A stretch of 46,100 nucleotides of DNA. It comes from Thraustochytrium aureum (lineage: Eukaryota). A program made the translations under genes and the position numbers. The notes beneath the pieces are model-generated. The model did not search any database. It saw nothing but the letters and a program-made list of their open reading frames with translations, and was not told where the DNA came from. Of the stretch, positions 12,550-22,800 are shown piece after piece. Within the stretch, counting starts at the first letter, position 1. Every line of letters begins with the position of its first letter. The stretch lies in contig BLSG01000410.1 in assembly GCA_012862495.1 (NCBI GenBank), positions 429,654 through 475,753 on the forward strand. Reading direction: 5' to 3'.

Positions 12550-13061
12550 ATGGCGCCGAAAGACAAGGGCGACGCCGGCACCGCCAACGCCGATGACTCG
12601 GCTGGCGGACTGCAGGAAAGGCTGCTGGAGGCTGAGCGCGCCAGGGATGCGCAGACTGAACGAGTAGCACGGTTGGAGAAGGAGCTCGAGAAGATGCGCG
12701 ATGAAAAGTCCCACTTGCAGTTTGAAGTGGCGCGGGCCAAAGGCCAGGTCGCGGAAGCCGAGTCCGTTACCGCGCTAGAACACGAAAGCCGTGTCGGCGA
12801 GCTTGAGCATCAAGTGGCGGTGGCAAGCGAGCGCATCAAACAGCTTCAGCTCGAGCAGGCCGGGCTGGACATTATCCGCGAAGAAAACCAGCGGCTTGGC
12901 AGGACAATCTTGGGCCTGCAGGACGAGATTAGCGACCTGCTCTCCGACCACGCCTCAGAAGCACATGCAATCAAAAAGGAGACGTTTCACTCGCGTATTC
13001 AGCTGGAAAACACCTTTCGCAAGGCCCTTCAAGAAATGGACAAGCGCCACCACGAAAAGGC
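12550..13061 (+). CDS. Coiled-coil protein, 5' part, truncated by gap; weakly CFAP157-like
   Basis: Open frame from ATG 12550 with heptad, E/K/L-rich composition. The family resemblance is tentative. Confidence 0.6.
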
Positions 13062-13903
13062 NNNNNNNNNNNNNNNNNNNNNNNNNNNNNNNNNNNNNNN
13101 NNNNNNNNNNNNNNNNNNNNNNNNNNNNNNNNNNNNNNNNNNNNNNNNNNNNNNNNNNNNNNNNNNNNNNNNNNNNNNNNNNNNNNNNNNNNNNNNNNNN
13201 NNNNNNNNNNNNNNNNNNNNNNNNNNNNNNNNNNNNNNNNNNNNNNNNNNNNNNNNNNNNNNNNNNNNNNNNNNNNNNNNNNNNNNNNNNNNNNNNNNNN
13301 NNNNNNNNNNNNNNNNNNNNNNNNNNNNNNNNNNNNNNNNNNNNNNNNNNNNNNNNNNNNNNNNNNNNNNNNNNNNNNNNNNNNNNNNNNNNNNNNNNNN
13401 NNNNNNNNNNNNNNNNNNNNNNNNNNNNNNNNNNNNNNNNNNNNNNNNNNNNNNNNNNNNNNNNNNNNNNNNNNNNNNNNNNNNNNNNNNNNNNNNNNNN
13501 NNNNNNNNNNNNNNNNNNNNNNNNNNNNNNNNNNNNNNNNNNNNNNNNNNNNNNNNNNNNNNNNNNNNNNNNNNNNNNNNNNNNNNNNNNNNNNNNNNNN
13601 NNNNNNNNNNNNNNNNNNNNNNNNNNNNNNNNNNNNNNNNNNNNNNNNNNNNNNNNNNNNNNNNNNNNNNNNNNNNNNNNNNNNNNNNNNNNNNNNNNNN
13701 NNNNNNNNNNNNNNNNNNNNNNNNNNNNNNNNNNNNNNNNNNNNNNNNNNNNNNNNNNNNNNNNNNNNNNNNNNNNNNNNNNNNNNNNNNNNNNNNNNNN
13801 NNNNNNNNNNNNNNNNNNNNNNNNNNNNNNNNNNNNNNNNNNNNNNNNNNNNNNNNNNNNNNNNNNNNNNNNNNNNNNNNNNNNNNNNNNNNNNNNNNNN
13901 NNN

Positions 13904-15750
13904 GACGAGCTTGAGGAGGATCGATGCACGCTCGGGAGTTTGTCGGTCTTGCTCGACTTTGACGACGAGGAGGACGAAAGGATGGACGAGCCGCCGAGGA
14001 TGCGAGAGGTAAAGCTGCGCGACTTTTTCTTGAGGCGCATCTCGACCGAGGGCACGGGAACCGTGTTGCCGCTCGACTCGTTCTCGCGCTCGGTATACGG
14101 CTCGTAGACCTGGCGACGCGAGCCCGCGGCGTCTCCGAGGTCGGCGGGTTGGTACCCAAGGCGAGCGTCCGACACCGTGCCATACTCGGCAGCAGCGGCT
14201 CGCGTGCGATCCGTGCGCGAGCGCGACGAGGTGGAGAAGGCGGAGGACGTCGAGGCCAGGCGCGAGCGGCGCACGAACACTGCGCCGTCTGGAGCCGCCT
14301 CTGGCGCCACTTGGTCGGCTCGTGCCGCAGGGTCTGCGCGGGACGAGCTGCGAGTGGTGCGCAGTGAAGTGTGCGCGCTCTGGGGCCTCGAGTGCGAGCT
14401 CGAGGTGCAAGACGAGACTTGCTCGTCGCGCGCATCGCGAGCGGACAGCGCCCGCGTGGAGCGGATCTTCTTCAAGTGCCGGTGCGTCTCGTCGTAGTCG
14501 TAGCCGAGCGGCGCCTCTTCGCGCGGCGCCTTGGAGTCCACGTCCATGGCAGCATCAGCGGCGAGAGGGTCTTGGGCCCCGGTTGGCTCTTGCGGGGCTT
14601 GGTGGTGGTAGATGGGGAGCGACATGGCCGACTCCCGTTCGCGGCGGCGCTCGTACGCAGCCTGCAAGGCCGGGTCGACAGGGCGGATGGCGTTGTCGAT
14701 GGTAAAGTCGGCGACCTCGTCAATGATAATCTGGCGCAGCTGCTTTTCGTCCAAATCTTGCTGTTCGAAATCAAAGTTGAACCGTGCCTCGTCGAGCTGG
14801 GGGCACTCGATGGCCTTGTCGCGAAGCGGGGCGTTGGCGAAGAAGGGGTGCGCGAGGGCTCTGTGCACGGTGAGGCGCTTTGACGCCGAGAAGCGGATGC
14901 AGGAGGTCATAAAGTCGATGGCGTCCTTGCACGCGTGCGGGTAGATCGACGAGAGCTCCACCGGGCCCTTGTTCGGGAGCGAGCGGAGGAACTGGATCGC
15001 CTGTGAGTTTTTGATGTAGCCGGTCTCCTTCGGGTTGGGGGTGCCGATCACGTCAAAGATGAGCTGGAGTTGGTGGACAAAGTTTTTGCCCGGGAAGAGC
15101 GGAGTGCGGCCCAAGAGCTCGGCAAAGATGCAGCCGCAGCTCCAGACATCCACGGCGGCGGTGTACTTGCCGTCGGGGGAGAGCATGAGCTCGGGCGGGC
15201 GGTACCAGCGCGTGACGACGTGCTCGGTCATGAGCGGCTTGCCGTCCGAGGCGTCGGGGGCGCGGCGCGCGAGTCCAAAGTCGCTGATGCGCAGGTCGCA
15301 GTTCTTGGAGACGAGCAGGTTGGCTGGTTTGAGGTCGCGGTGAAGAATCCCGTTCGAGTGCAGGAACTGGATGCCGCGGAAAAGCTGGTACATAAAGTGT
15401 TTGTGGTGCGAGATGCTGAGCTTTTGGCTGCTCTGGATGATGCGGTGCAGGTCGGTGTCCATACACTCCATGCCAATGTAGAGCTCGTCGGCGGCCTCGT
15501 TTACCATGAGGTCGACCAGGGTGATCACGTTCGGGTGCTGGCCGCAGTGGCGCAGGAGGCGGATCTCGCGCAGGGTGTGCTTGGCATCATAGACGCTCTT
15601 GGCCATGGGGCAGATCTTCTTGATGGCAACCTTGCGTCCGGTCTGGGCGTCCTTCACGGAGCAGACCACGCCGTAGGCGCCTTTGCCGAGTGCCTTGACG
15701 AACGTGTACCGCTCATCGATGTGAAACTTTGTTCCGTAGACCTCGAACAT
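13904..15750 (-). CDS. Mitogen-activated protein kinase with TEH activation motif and long Ser-rich tail; 3' end in gap
   Basis: LGKGAYGVVCS, VAIKKI, AKHTLREIRLLRH, MDTDLHRIIQS, HRDLKPANLL, CDLRISDFGLAR, MTEHVVTRWYRPPE, ALAHPF. Confidence 0.93.
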
Positions 15751-17608
15751 GGTTGCGCGCGGTCGCTGGCTGGCTCAGGGTTTGTGCAGTCACGCGGGCG
15801 GAGGTCTGCAAGCGAGCGCGTTGTATTGGCCTTGTGGCGGCTTTGCACTGGGTGCCGAGCTTGCAAAGTGCTCCTGCCGTGCCGTCGATTCCTCCAAGGG
15901 AGGGATGCGCCGGCTGGTCTGTCGGACTGTGCCACGGTGCGTGGCCACGGCGTGGAGCGGGGTTGGAGCGACCCCAACGGAGCCGTGGAGGCAGGCGGCG
16001 CGAGGGCGCGGCGCGCTTTCGGTCGCCGGGAGCGTTTGCGTGTCTGCGCAGCTTGATGTCTGCCACTTTGCAACTCGTCGCGGCCGCGGCGAGCGTTTTG
16101 TTGCTGTAATGTCGGACCCGATGAGACTGTTACTAGTTCGAGTACCTCCTACCTGTAGCGCTTGCTCAGCAGCAACCAGGGAAGAGTCTCAACAGGCAAA
16201 TGAATTCTCGTTCCGCTGCCTTCCAAAGGCGGCGCTCAGGCGTGTCTGTGAGCCTCGCAGCAGCGCTGTGGAAAAACGCACACACAGCCAGGGCACGCGG
16301 GCGATTCCGAGGGCTGCGGAGGCGCGCTGCCTCGTCTTCCTTGTTTGGGTGTCTCTCCTCCTCCTCCTCCTGCACTTCCTCCTGCTGCTTCGCAAACTGG
16401 GCTGGCGAAACGTGCCGCACCTGAGCAGCGTTCGAAATGATCTGAAAGCTCAGGCTCGTCGCATTGCTCGTACGGAGCAGATGTGGCGCGCGACTCGGCG
16501 GTGCGGTAGTGAAGACGCCTCGGCGTGTACAGTGGGAGCGGAAGCAAGAGGCAAGCAAAGTCTTTCGCCTCTACTCCGCCAACTCGGCCCGCTCGCGGTG
16601 TTGCCCACTCGGAGCCCCCAACCAGACTTTGTAATGTGGACGTTTCGTCGAGGCGCGTAACGACGTTTCGTTTTCGCAGACTTTAGAGCGATCCGACTGG
16701 GTCTTGCGCGTGCGCAAACCAAGGCGAGTGTCTTGTCCAGCCATGCGGCTTGGAGGTTGTTTCACCCCTTGTCGTGCCTGCCCTAGCGTGGGAAGATGCC
16801 AAGCCGAGCTGGGCGTGGCGGTTTCTCGCGGCTCCGTGCGGCCACGCAAGCCGTAGTCGGGCAGGGAGTCGAGCGGAGCGAAACCGGCGCAGCACACTCG
16901 AATCGTTCACCCGGGAGAGGCATGTGCAGTGCTGCCTCCCGCTTTGCCCGCTCTCAAGAGAAAAGGCAGCCCTTTGCGCGGACTGAGGCGATGGTGGTCA
17001 GGCGTTTCGCCGTGCAACGACAGAGAGAAGCGGCTGCGGCAGCGCACCANNNNNNNNNNNNNNNNNNNNNNNNNNNNNNNNNNNNNNNNNNNNNNNNNNN
17101 NNNNNNNNNNNNNNNNNNNNNNNNNNNNNNNNNNNNNNNNNNNNNNNNNNNNNNNNNNNNNNNNNNNNNNNNNNNNNNNNNNNNNNNNNNNNNNNNCGCC
17201 AGAAACGCGGCAAGCGAAGCAAGAAGCACAAGGGCGCCGCAGGTCGGGAGCGAGCGAGCGAGGAAACAGACAGACAGACACACAGACACACAGACAGAGA
17301 GAGAGTGAGGAGCTGCGGCGCCAAGTCGGCGCAGAACGCAGCAGCCACGCGAAGCCAAAGGGCGGCCTCGCGCAAAGGGCGACCGCGAGCCGCCCCAATC
17401 ACGCCCTCGGAACACCGCGACGGTTTCATCTGAATTCTGCGTCCCAGACTTAGCGCGCGCGGGGAAAACCAATATCGCACAGCGTGCGGGACCGCGCGCA
17501 ACCCTTAGAACGCCAGAGCCGTTGTAGTCCGCCCGCAGCCGCTGCTGGGCGGGGCGGAAACGGCCCTTTCTCAAGGAAGGCTTCCGCTGTTCACAGAAAA
17601 CCGTGGTT

Positions 17609-17778
17609 CCGTTGCGAACGGATGTAACGCATGTTGGTGATATTTACCGTTTTCCACGGTTATTTACCGAGATAAACGGCTATTTCCGCTTTATACGGTA
17701 GGTAACAGGAACTCGCCGTTGTTCTCTTCGGAAGTGAGGGAGCTCGCCGTTGTTCTGCGAAGGTTTTCCCGTTGTTCT
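17609..17778. promoter_or_regulatory. Cluster of CCG-N7-CGG palindromes and CCGTTGTTCT motifs upstream of RPL24
   Basis: CCG-N7-CGG at 17609, 17647, 17667 and 17686; CCGTTGTTCT at 17716, 17747 and 17769, in a locally AT-richer patch. The regulatory role is inferred. Confidence 0.45.
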
Positions 17779-18106
17779 AGGAAGATGGCATCAAGAAGGG
17801 AAGAAACCGCAAGCAAGCAAGCATCAACGGGGGAACAAGCCGCTGTTCTCGGCTGGGCCTTGCAGTGTTCCTCCCCGTTCCTTCCGTTCGCCCAGGCACC
17901 CTAGTCCACCCTGACTGAGTGCCTGACCGAAAGTAGGGTTCGCCTCCGCCGCCAATGCGTGGTGGCGTTGGGGTGGTTAGAGGTCGGTTAGAGGGCGGTC
18001 AGGGGCGACGGGCGGTCATCGGCGTGGGAGCAGAGCGCGAGAGAGGTGAGCGCGTGGGAGGCAGGCAGGAGCTCGGCAGGCAGGCAGGCAGCAGGCAGCA
18101 GGCAGG

Positions 18107-18490
18107 ATGGTCATCAAGACGGAGGTTTGCGGGTTCTCGGAGTACCGCATCTACCCGGGGCACGGCGTGCGGTTTGTGCGCAAGGATGGCCAGGTGATCC
18201 CGCTCATCTCGTCCAAGGCCAAGTCGCTCTACCACCAGAAGATCAAGCCCGCCAAGCTGACCTGGACGGTGGGGTGGCGCCGCCTGAACAAGAAGGACCG
18301 CAAGGACGACCAGACCCGCTCGCGGAGGCGCCGCATCCAGAAGCGCCCCAAGGCCATCGCCGGCGTCACGCTCGAGCAGCTGCGCAAGCGCAAGAACGAG
18401 AAGCCGGCGGAGCGTAGCGCTGCTCGCGACGCCGCCAAGCGGGAGATCAAGGAGCGCCAGCAGAAGAAGGCTGCCAAGGGCCGCAAGTAG
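18107..18490 (+). CDS. RPL24: 60S ribosomal protein L24 (eL24)
   Basis: MVIKTEVCGFSEYRIYPGHG, KPAKLTWTVGWRRLNKK, KAIAGVTLEQL; basic; intronless. Confidence 0.96.
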   Translation: MVIKTEVCGFSEYRIYPGHGVRFVRKDGQVIPLISSKAKSLYHQKIKPAKLTWTVGWRRLNKKDRKDDQTRSRRRRIQKRPKAIAGVTLEQLRKRKNEKPAERSAARDAAKREIKERQQKKAAKGRK

Positions 18491-18904
18491 GCTTTTTGTG
18501 CAAACGACAACTCTTTTTTTGGCGGATGCGTATTGAATGCACTTTTACCCTCGTTTTGCGTTGCTGGAGAAGTGCGGGCTGGGCTGGGCAGGGCAGAGCA
18601 GGGCTGGGCTGGGCTGGGCGGGGCCGTGCGACCGAGGTGGCTGAGTTGTCGACGTCAAGGAGGCGGAAGGCAACTTGAATGGGCAGCGTTTCAACCACCA
18701 GCTCTGGAATAAACCGACCCCAATCTCACACACAGTCTACAAATACGTACTCTTACAGACTCACTGCCGGGCCTCCGAGTCCGCGGAGGTGCGACGCACT
18801 TCTCAGCGACGCTGGCCCCCTCGCGGCCGGTCGAGCGCGACAAGGCCGGCGCGAAACGCAGAGAATCCCGCTTGATGGAGCGTCTCTCGCTCGCTTGCTC
18901 GCTT

Positions 18905-18970
18905 GCTCTTTCGCCCGGTTGCTCTTTCGCCCGGTTGCCTTTCGCCCGGTTGCCCTTTCGCCCGGTTGCC
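18905..18970. repeat. Tandem repeat, 4 copies of a 15-17 nt unit with core CTTTCGCCCGGTTGC
   Basis: Direct reading; lies just 3' of the RING gene stop. Confidence 0.85.
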
Positions 18971-18987
18971 CGAGCCATCGTCCCACG

Positions 18988-19656
18988 CTACTCTGCGCGC
19001 TGTTGTTCGCGGTGCCGCTCCCGCTCCCGACTCCGGCGCGCCCGCTCGCGCTCGGCGCGCGGATTTCGCCAGGGCATCATCGACGAGAGAAAAAGGGAGG
19101 CGACCTCGACAAGCGCAGCCAGAACAGTCCACAAAAGTGCCAGAACAGTCCCCACGATGTCCCAGGCGCCGAGCTTGACGTGGCGCGGGCTGAGCTGGTC
19201 GCGCTGAGGCGTGCCCAGGACCCGGAAGGGCTTGCTCTCGCGCACCCCGACGATCGACTCGAGGTCGACGATGACGCGGCCGCCCTTGCCGATAACCTTG
19301 AGCCTCTCCGGCGGGACCTCGAAGAGGCGGGTGAGGCAGCGCTCGGCCGCCTCGCCCTTCTCCAACTCGAGCTGCCACTGCACGCCAGCAAAGTCAACAA
19401 AAAGGCACCTCGCCAGATCACCTTCATTCACGGGCACGAGCTTGCGTATGCGCGCGCGACAGAGCGGGCAGGAGACCACGCCGCTGCTGCGCGACTGCCA
19501 GACGTGCCGTGCGCAGCACTTTGCGCACATCCCGTGCTTGCAATCCGGCGACTGCACCGCGCGCTTCTTCCTCAGCAAGCACAGGCAGCATCGCTCCTCG
19601 TCGGCGTCGAGCTCCGCGTCGAGCTCCGCATCGAGCTCCGCGTCGAGCTGCCCCAT
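18988..19656 (-). CDS. RING-HC finger protein with ubiquitin-like segment and C-terminal hydrophobic helix (putative membrane E3 ligase)
   Basis: CCLC..CKHGMCAKC..CPLCR (C3HC4); LFEVPPERLKVIGKG..FRVLGT is UBL-like; IVGTVLALLWTVLAALVEVASLFLSSM is hydrophobic. Confidence 0.75.
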   Translation of the reverse strand: MGQLDAELDAELDAELDADEERCCLCLLRKKRAVQSPDCKHGMCAKCCARHVWQSRSSGVVSCPLCRARIRKLVPVNEGDLARCLFVDFAGVQWQLELEKGEAAERCLTRLFEVPPERLKVIGKGGRVIVDLESIVGVRESKPFRVLGTPQRDQLSPRHVKLGAWDIVGTVLALLWTVLAALVEVASLFLSSMMPWRNPRAERERARRSRERERHREQQRAE

Positions 19657-20654
19657 CGCGCGCCTGAATGAATTGTCGATTGCCGTCTTCTGCTGGCTGG
19701 TGGCGTTCCGCACAGGAAACAATCCGGATTTGCGGGCGTCACGGGAGTGCTTAGCGACCGCAAGTCACAGAGCCCCTCTTGGTGACGAGAAGGCCACGAT
19801 ATTGCCACGAGAGTCGTGTCTGAGGTTATTTTTCAGTGGCAGGCAGGGGTGATTTGTTTTTGTATTGGAAAAGGTGGGATCTGGTTGGGTTCCCCAAGTG
19901 ATGGTACTAGCCCAAGGTGCAGCGGATTTGATCGGAAATGCGAAAGTTTGCTCCAGTTCCGTGCTGTGAGCTATTTTTCCGAGAAAACGCGACGGGGAAT
20001 CGTGCGGAACGCTTTGTTTCGTGTGAGGTTCAGCCTTGAGCCGCGGTGAAATAGCCAACTCTCAGCACATGTGCTCTAGGTGATTGACCGCTTGGCGTTT
20101 CTCCGCCTCACAACCATGATGCCAAGCAGNNNNNNNNNNNNNNNNNNNNNNNNNNNNNNNNNNNNNNNNNNNNNNNNNNNNNNNNNNNNNNNNNNNNNNN
20201 NNNNNNNNNNNNNNNNNNNNNNNNNNNNNNNNNNNNNNNNNNNNNNNNNNNNNNNNNNNNNNNNNNNNNNNNNNNNNNNNNNNNNNNNNNNNNNNNNNNN
20301 NNNNNNNNNNNNNNNNNNNNNNNNNNNNNNNNNNNNNNNNNNNNNNNNNNNNNNNNNNNNNNNNNNNNNNNNNNNNNNNNNNNNNNNNNNNNNNNNNNNN
20401 NNNNNNNNNNNNNNNNNNNNNNNNNNNNNNNNNNNNNNNNNNNNNNNNNNNNNNNNNNNNNNNNNNNNNNNNNNNNNNNNNNNNNNNNNNNNNNNNNNNG
20501 AACCGCATGGACTTATTCGATCGAGCGCCCAGCAGTGTCGGGCTGCACTTCCATGCAGGGTTGCGTTGCGCCCAGTCAAGCGCCGCGAGAGCACCTTCAC
20601 GTGGACTTGGAACGCGAACGGGCATCCTTCTCATGGAGCTGCTAGCTGGCATGT

Positions 20655-20721
20655 CTGACGCGCGAGGCCTGACGCGCGAGGCCTGACGCGCGAGGCCTGA
20701 CGCGCGAGGCCTGACGCGCGA
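20655..20721. repeat. Perfect 14-nt tandem repeat (CTGACGCGCGAGGC) x ~4.8
   Basis: Direct reading. Confidence 0.92.
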
Positions 20722-22800
20722 AGTCCTCGCGTTCGTGTTCTCAAGGAGGTGGCGGTCCTTCCTGGCTGGAGAGCTGCTCAATCAATCAAATCAATCAAAA
20801 TCAACGTTCCCACGATGGACCTTCCTTTTCCCCGAAATGGCCGAGACACTGGACTTCAGAGTAGGAATTCAAAACATCAACTTTTTCCGTGACGAAGATG
20901 CAGTCGGCGGGGTTTTGCCGTCCCTACAAAACGCCATGTGGCCCAAAAGACCGGAGAAACAGCGCATCTCTCCGCGGCTGGCCGTTGCTCCATGCATTCA
21001 GAAACACGACCCGCGCAGATCCCACGTTTAGCGCTGCAAAGATCGGTGCAGCTGCTACGAGACGCGCGCCGGCGAAGGGGAAAAATCGCAGAAAGGGCAG
21101 AGAACGTCCGTAGATGCGCGGTTCTCGACAAGGGCTGCCCGATTCTGGAGTTTTCTCGGCTCCAAGGTGCGCGCGGCCAGCTGGCGAGACTGTGCTCGAA
21201 CCGTGCGAGGGCAATTCGTCCCGTCCAGTGTTCTCCTATGCGCGGGCGGTGGCAGAGGCCAAACTGACGAGGCGGAGGTACAGCCGACGATACTCCGAGA
21301 GGGGCGATCACGTGCGTCGTGAGCCAACAGAGAGCCCTCACAGCAGAGGAGCCGGTGCTGGTCTTCGGTTAGGCTGGTGGGAGGGGGGGAAAAAAGGGAA
21401 GTGGAAAAGGGATAACTTGAAGAAGAAGGGATTTCGGATTGGCGCTAAGCGAACAGGCAGGCGCCCTCTCAGCAGGCCAGAGTCGTGCATGTCGCCGCGA
21501 AGAACTGCCCCTGTCTTGAAGGAAAGTGCTGCAAGGAGGGGCGGCACGTCGCAAACCCGCTTTCCAGAACACCGTTCGTCACCAGCCATGGTCGGAAGGT
21601 GGGCGCCGCCGATCGTTGGCCGAGAGCGGCGAGGAGGACGTTTTCCGGAACTTGGGTGAGAACCACAAACCTTTTGGCGATTTTCTTCAAGAGACGCCAT
21701 GCATGCATACGTACTTGTATACTTACTTGCTCACTCCTCTGTGCGGCGAAGAAAGGACGCCAGAGGGCCGACCAGAATATCACAAAATTGAAAAAGCAGC
21801 AGAGACACCAGAGACAGGCAGGCGATTGATAAGCAAGAAAGAAAGATGGACGGGCAAGACAGACTCACTCTCGGACAGACACAGGCACACTGACGGACCG
21901 ACAGAGGGCGTGATATCCATCCACACAGAGAACGTGCTTGATCCCTCTCCGGAGAGAGCGCCGCCGGTGATATCCACCACTTGGCAAGCGCAAGAGAGAC
22001 AATGGACGAGGCGGCCGGGCGGGTGGTGATAATTGGCCTGTCACCGCCACAGAGAGCGAGAGAGAGCGAGAGGCTCCGTCAAAAGAGAGAGGCGCAAGAG
22101 AGAGAGAGNNNNNNNNNNNNNNNNNNNNNNNNNNNNNNNNNNNNNNNNNNNNNNNNNNNNNNNNNNNNNNNNNNNNNNNNNNNNNNNNNNNNNNNNNNNN
22201 NNNNNNNNNNNNNNNNNNNNNNNNNNNNNNNNNNNNNNNNNNNNNNNNNNNNNNNNNNNNNNNNNNNNNNNNNNNNNNNNNNNNNNNNNNNNNNNNNNNN
22301 NNNNNNNNNNNNNNNNNNNNNNNNNNNNNNNNNNNNNNNNNNNNNNNNNNNNNNNNNNNNNNNNNNNNNNNNNNNNNNNNNNNNNNNNNNNNNNNNNNNN
22401 NNNNNNNNNNNNNNNNNNNNNNNNNNNNNNNNNNNNNNNNNNNNNNNNNNNNNNNNNNNNNNNNNNNNNNNNNNNNNNNNNNNNNNNNNNNNNNNNNNNN
22501 NNNNNNNNNNNNNNNNNNNNNNNNNNNNNNNNNNNNNNNNNNNNNNNNNNNNNNNNNNNNNNNNNNNNNNNNNNNNNNNNNNNNNNNNNNNNNNNNNNNN
22601 NNNNNNNNNNNNNNNNNNNNNNNNNNNNNNNNNNNNNNNNNNNNNNNNNNNNNNNNNNNNNNNNNNNNNNNNNNNNNNNNNNNNNNNNNNNNNNNNNNNN
22701 NNNNNNNNNNNNNNNNNNNNNNNNNNNNNNNNNNNNNNNNNNNNNNNNNNNNNNNNNNNNNNNNNNNNNNNNNNNNNNNNNNNNNNNNNNNNNNNNNNNN

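Noticed and set aside
16166..16558. Glu-rich minus-strand ORF upstream of the MAPK
   Set aside because: No ATG start, no domain, and no clear splice link to the MAPK.
20655..20721. CRISPR-like array
   Set aside because: Head-to-tail 14-mers with no spacers, in a eukaryotic context.
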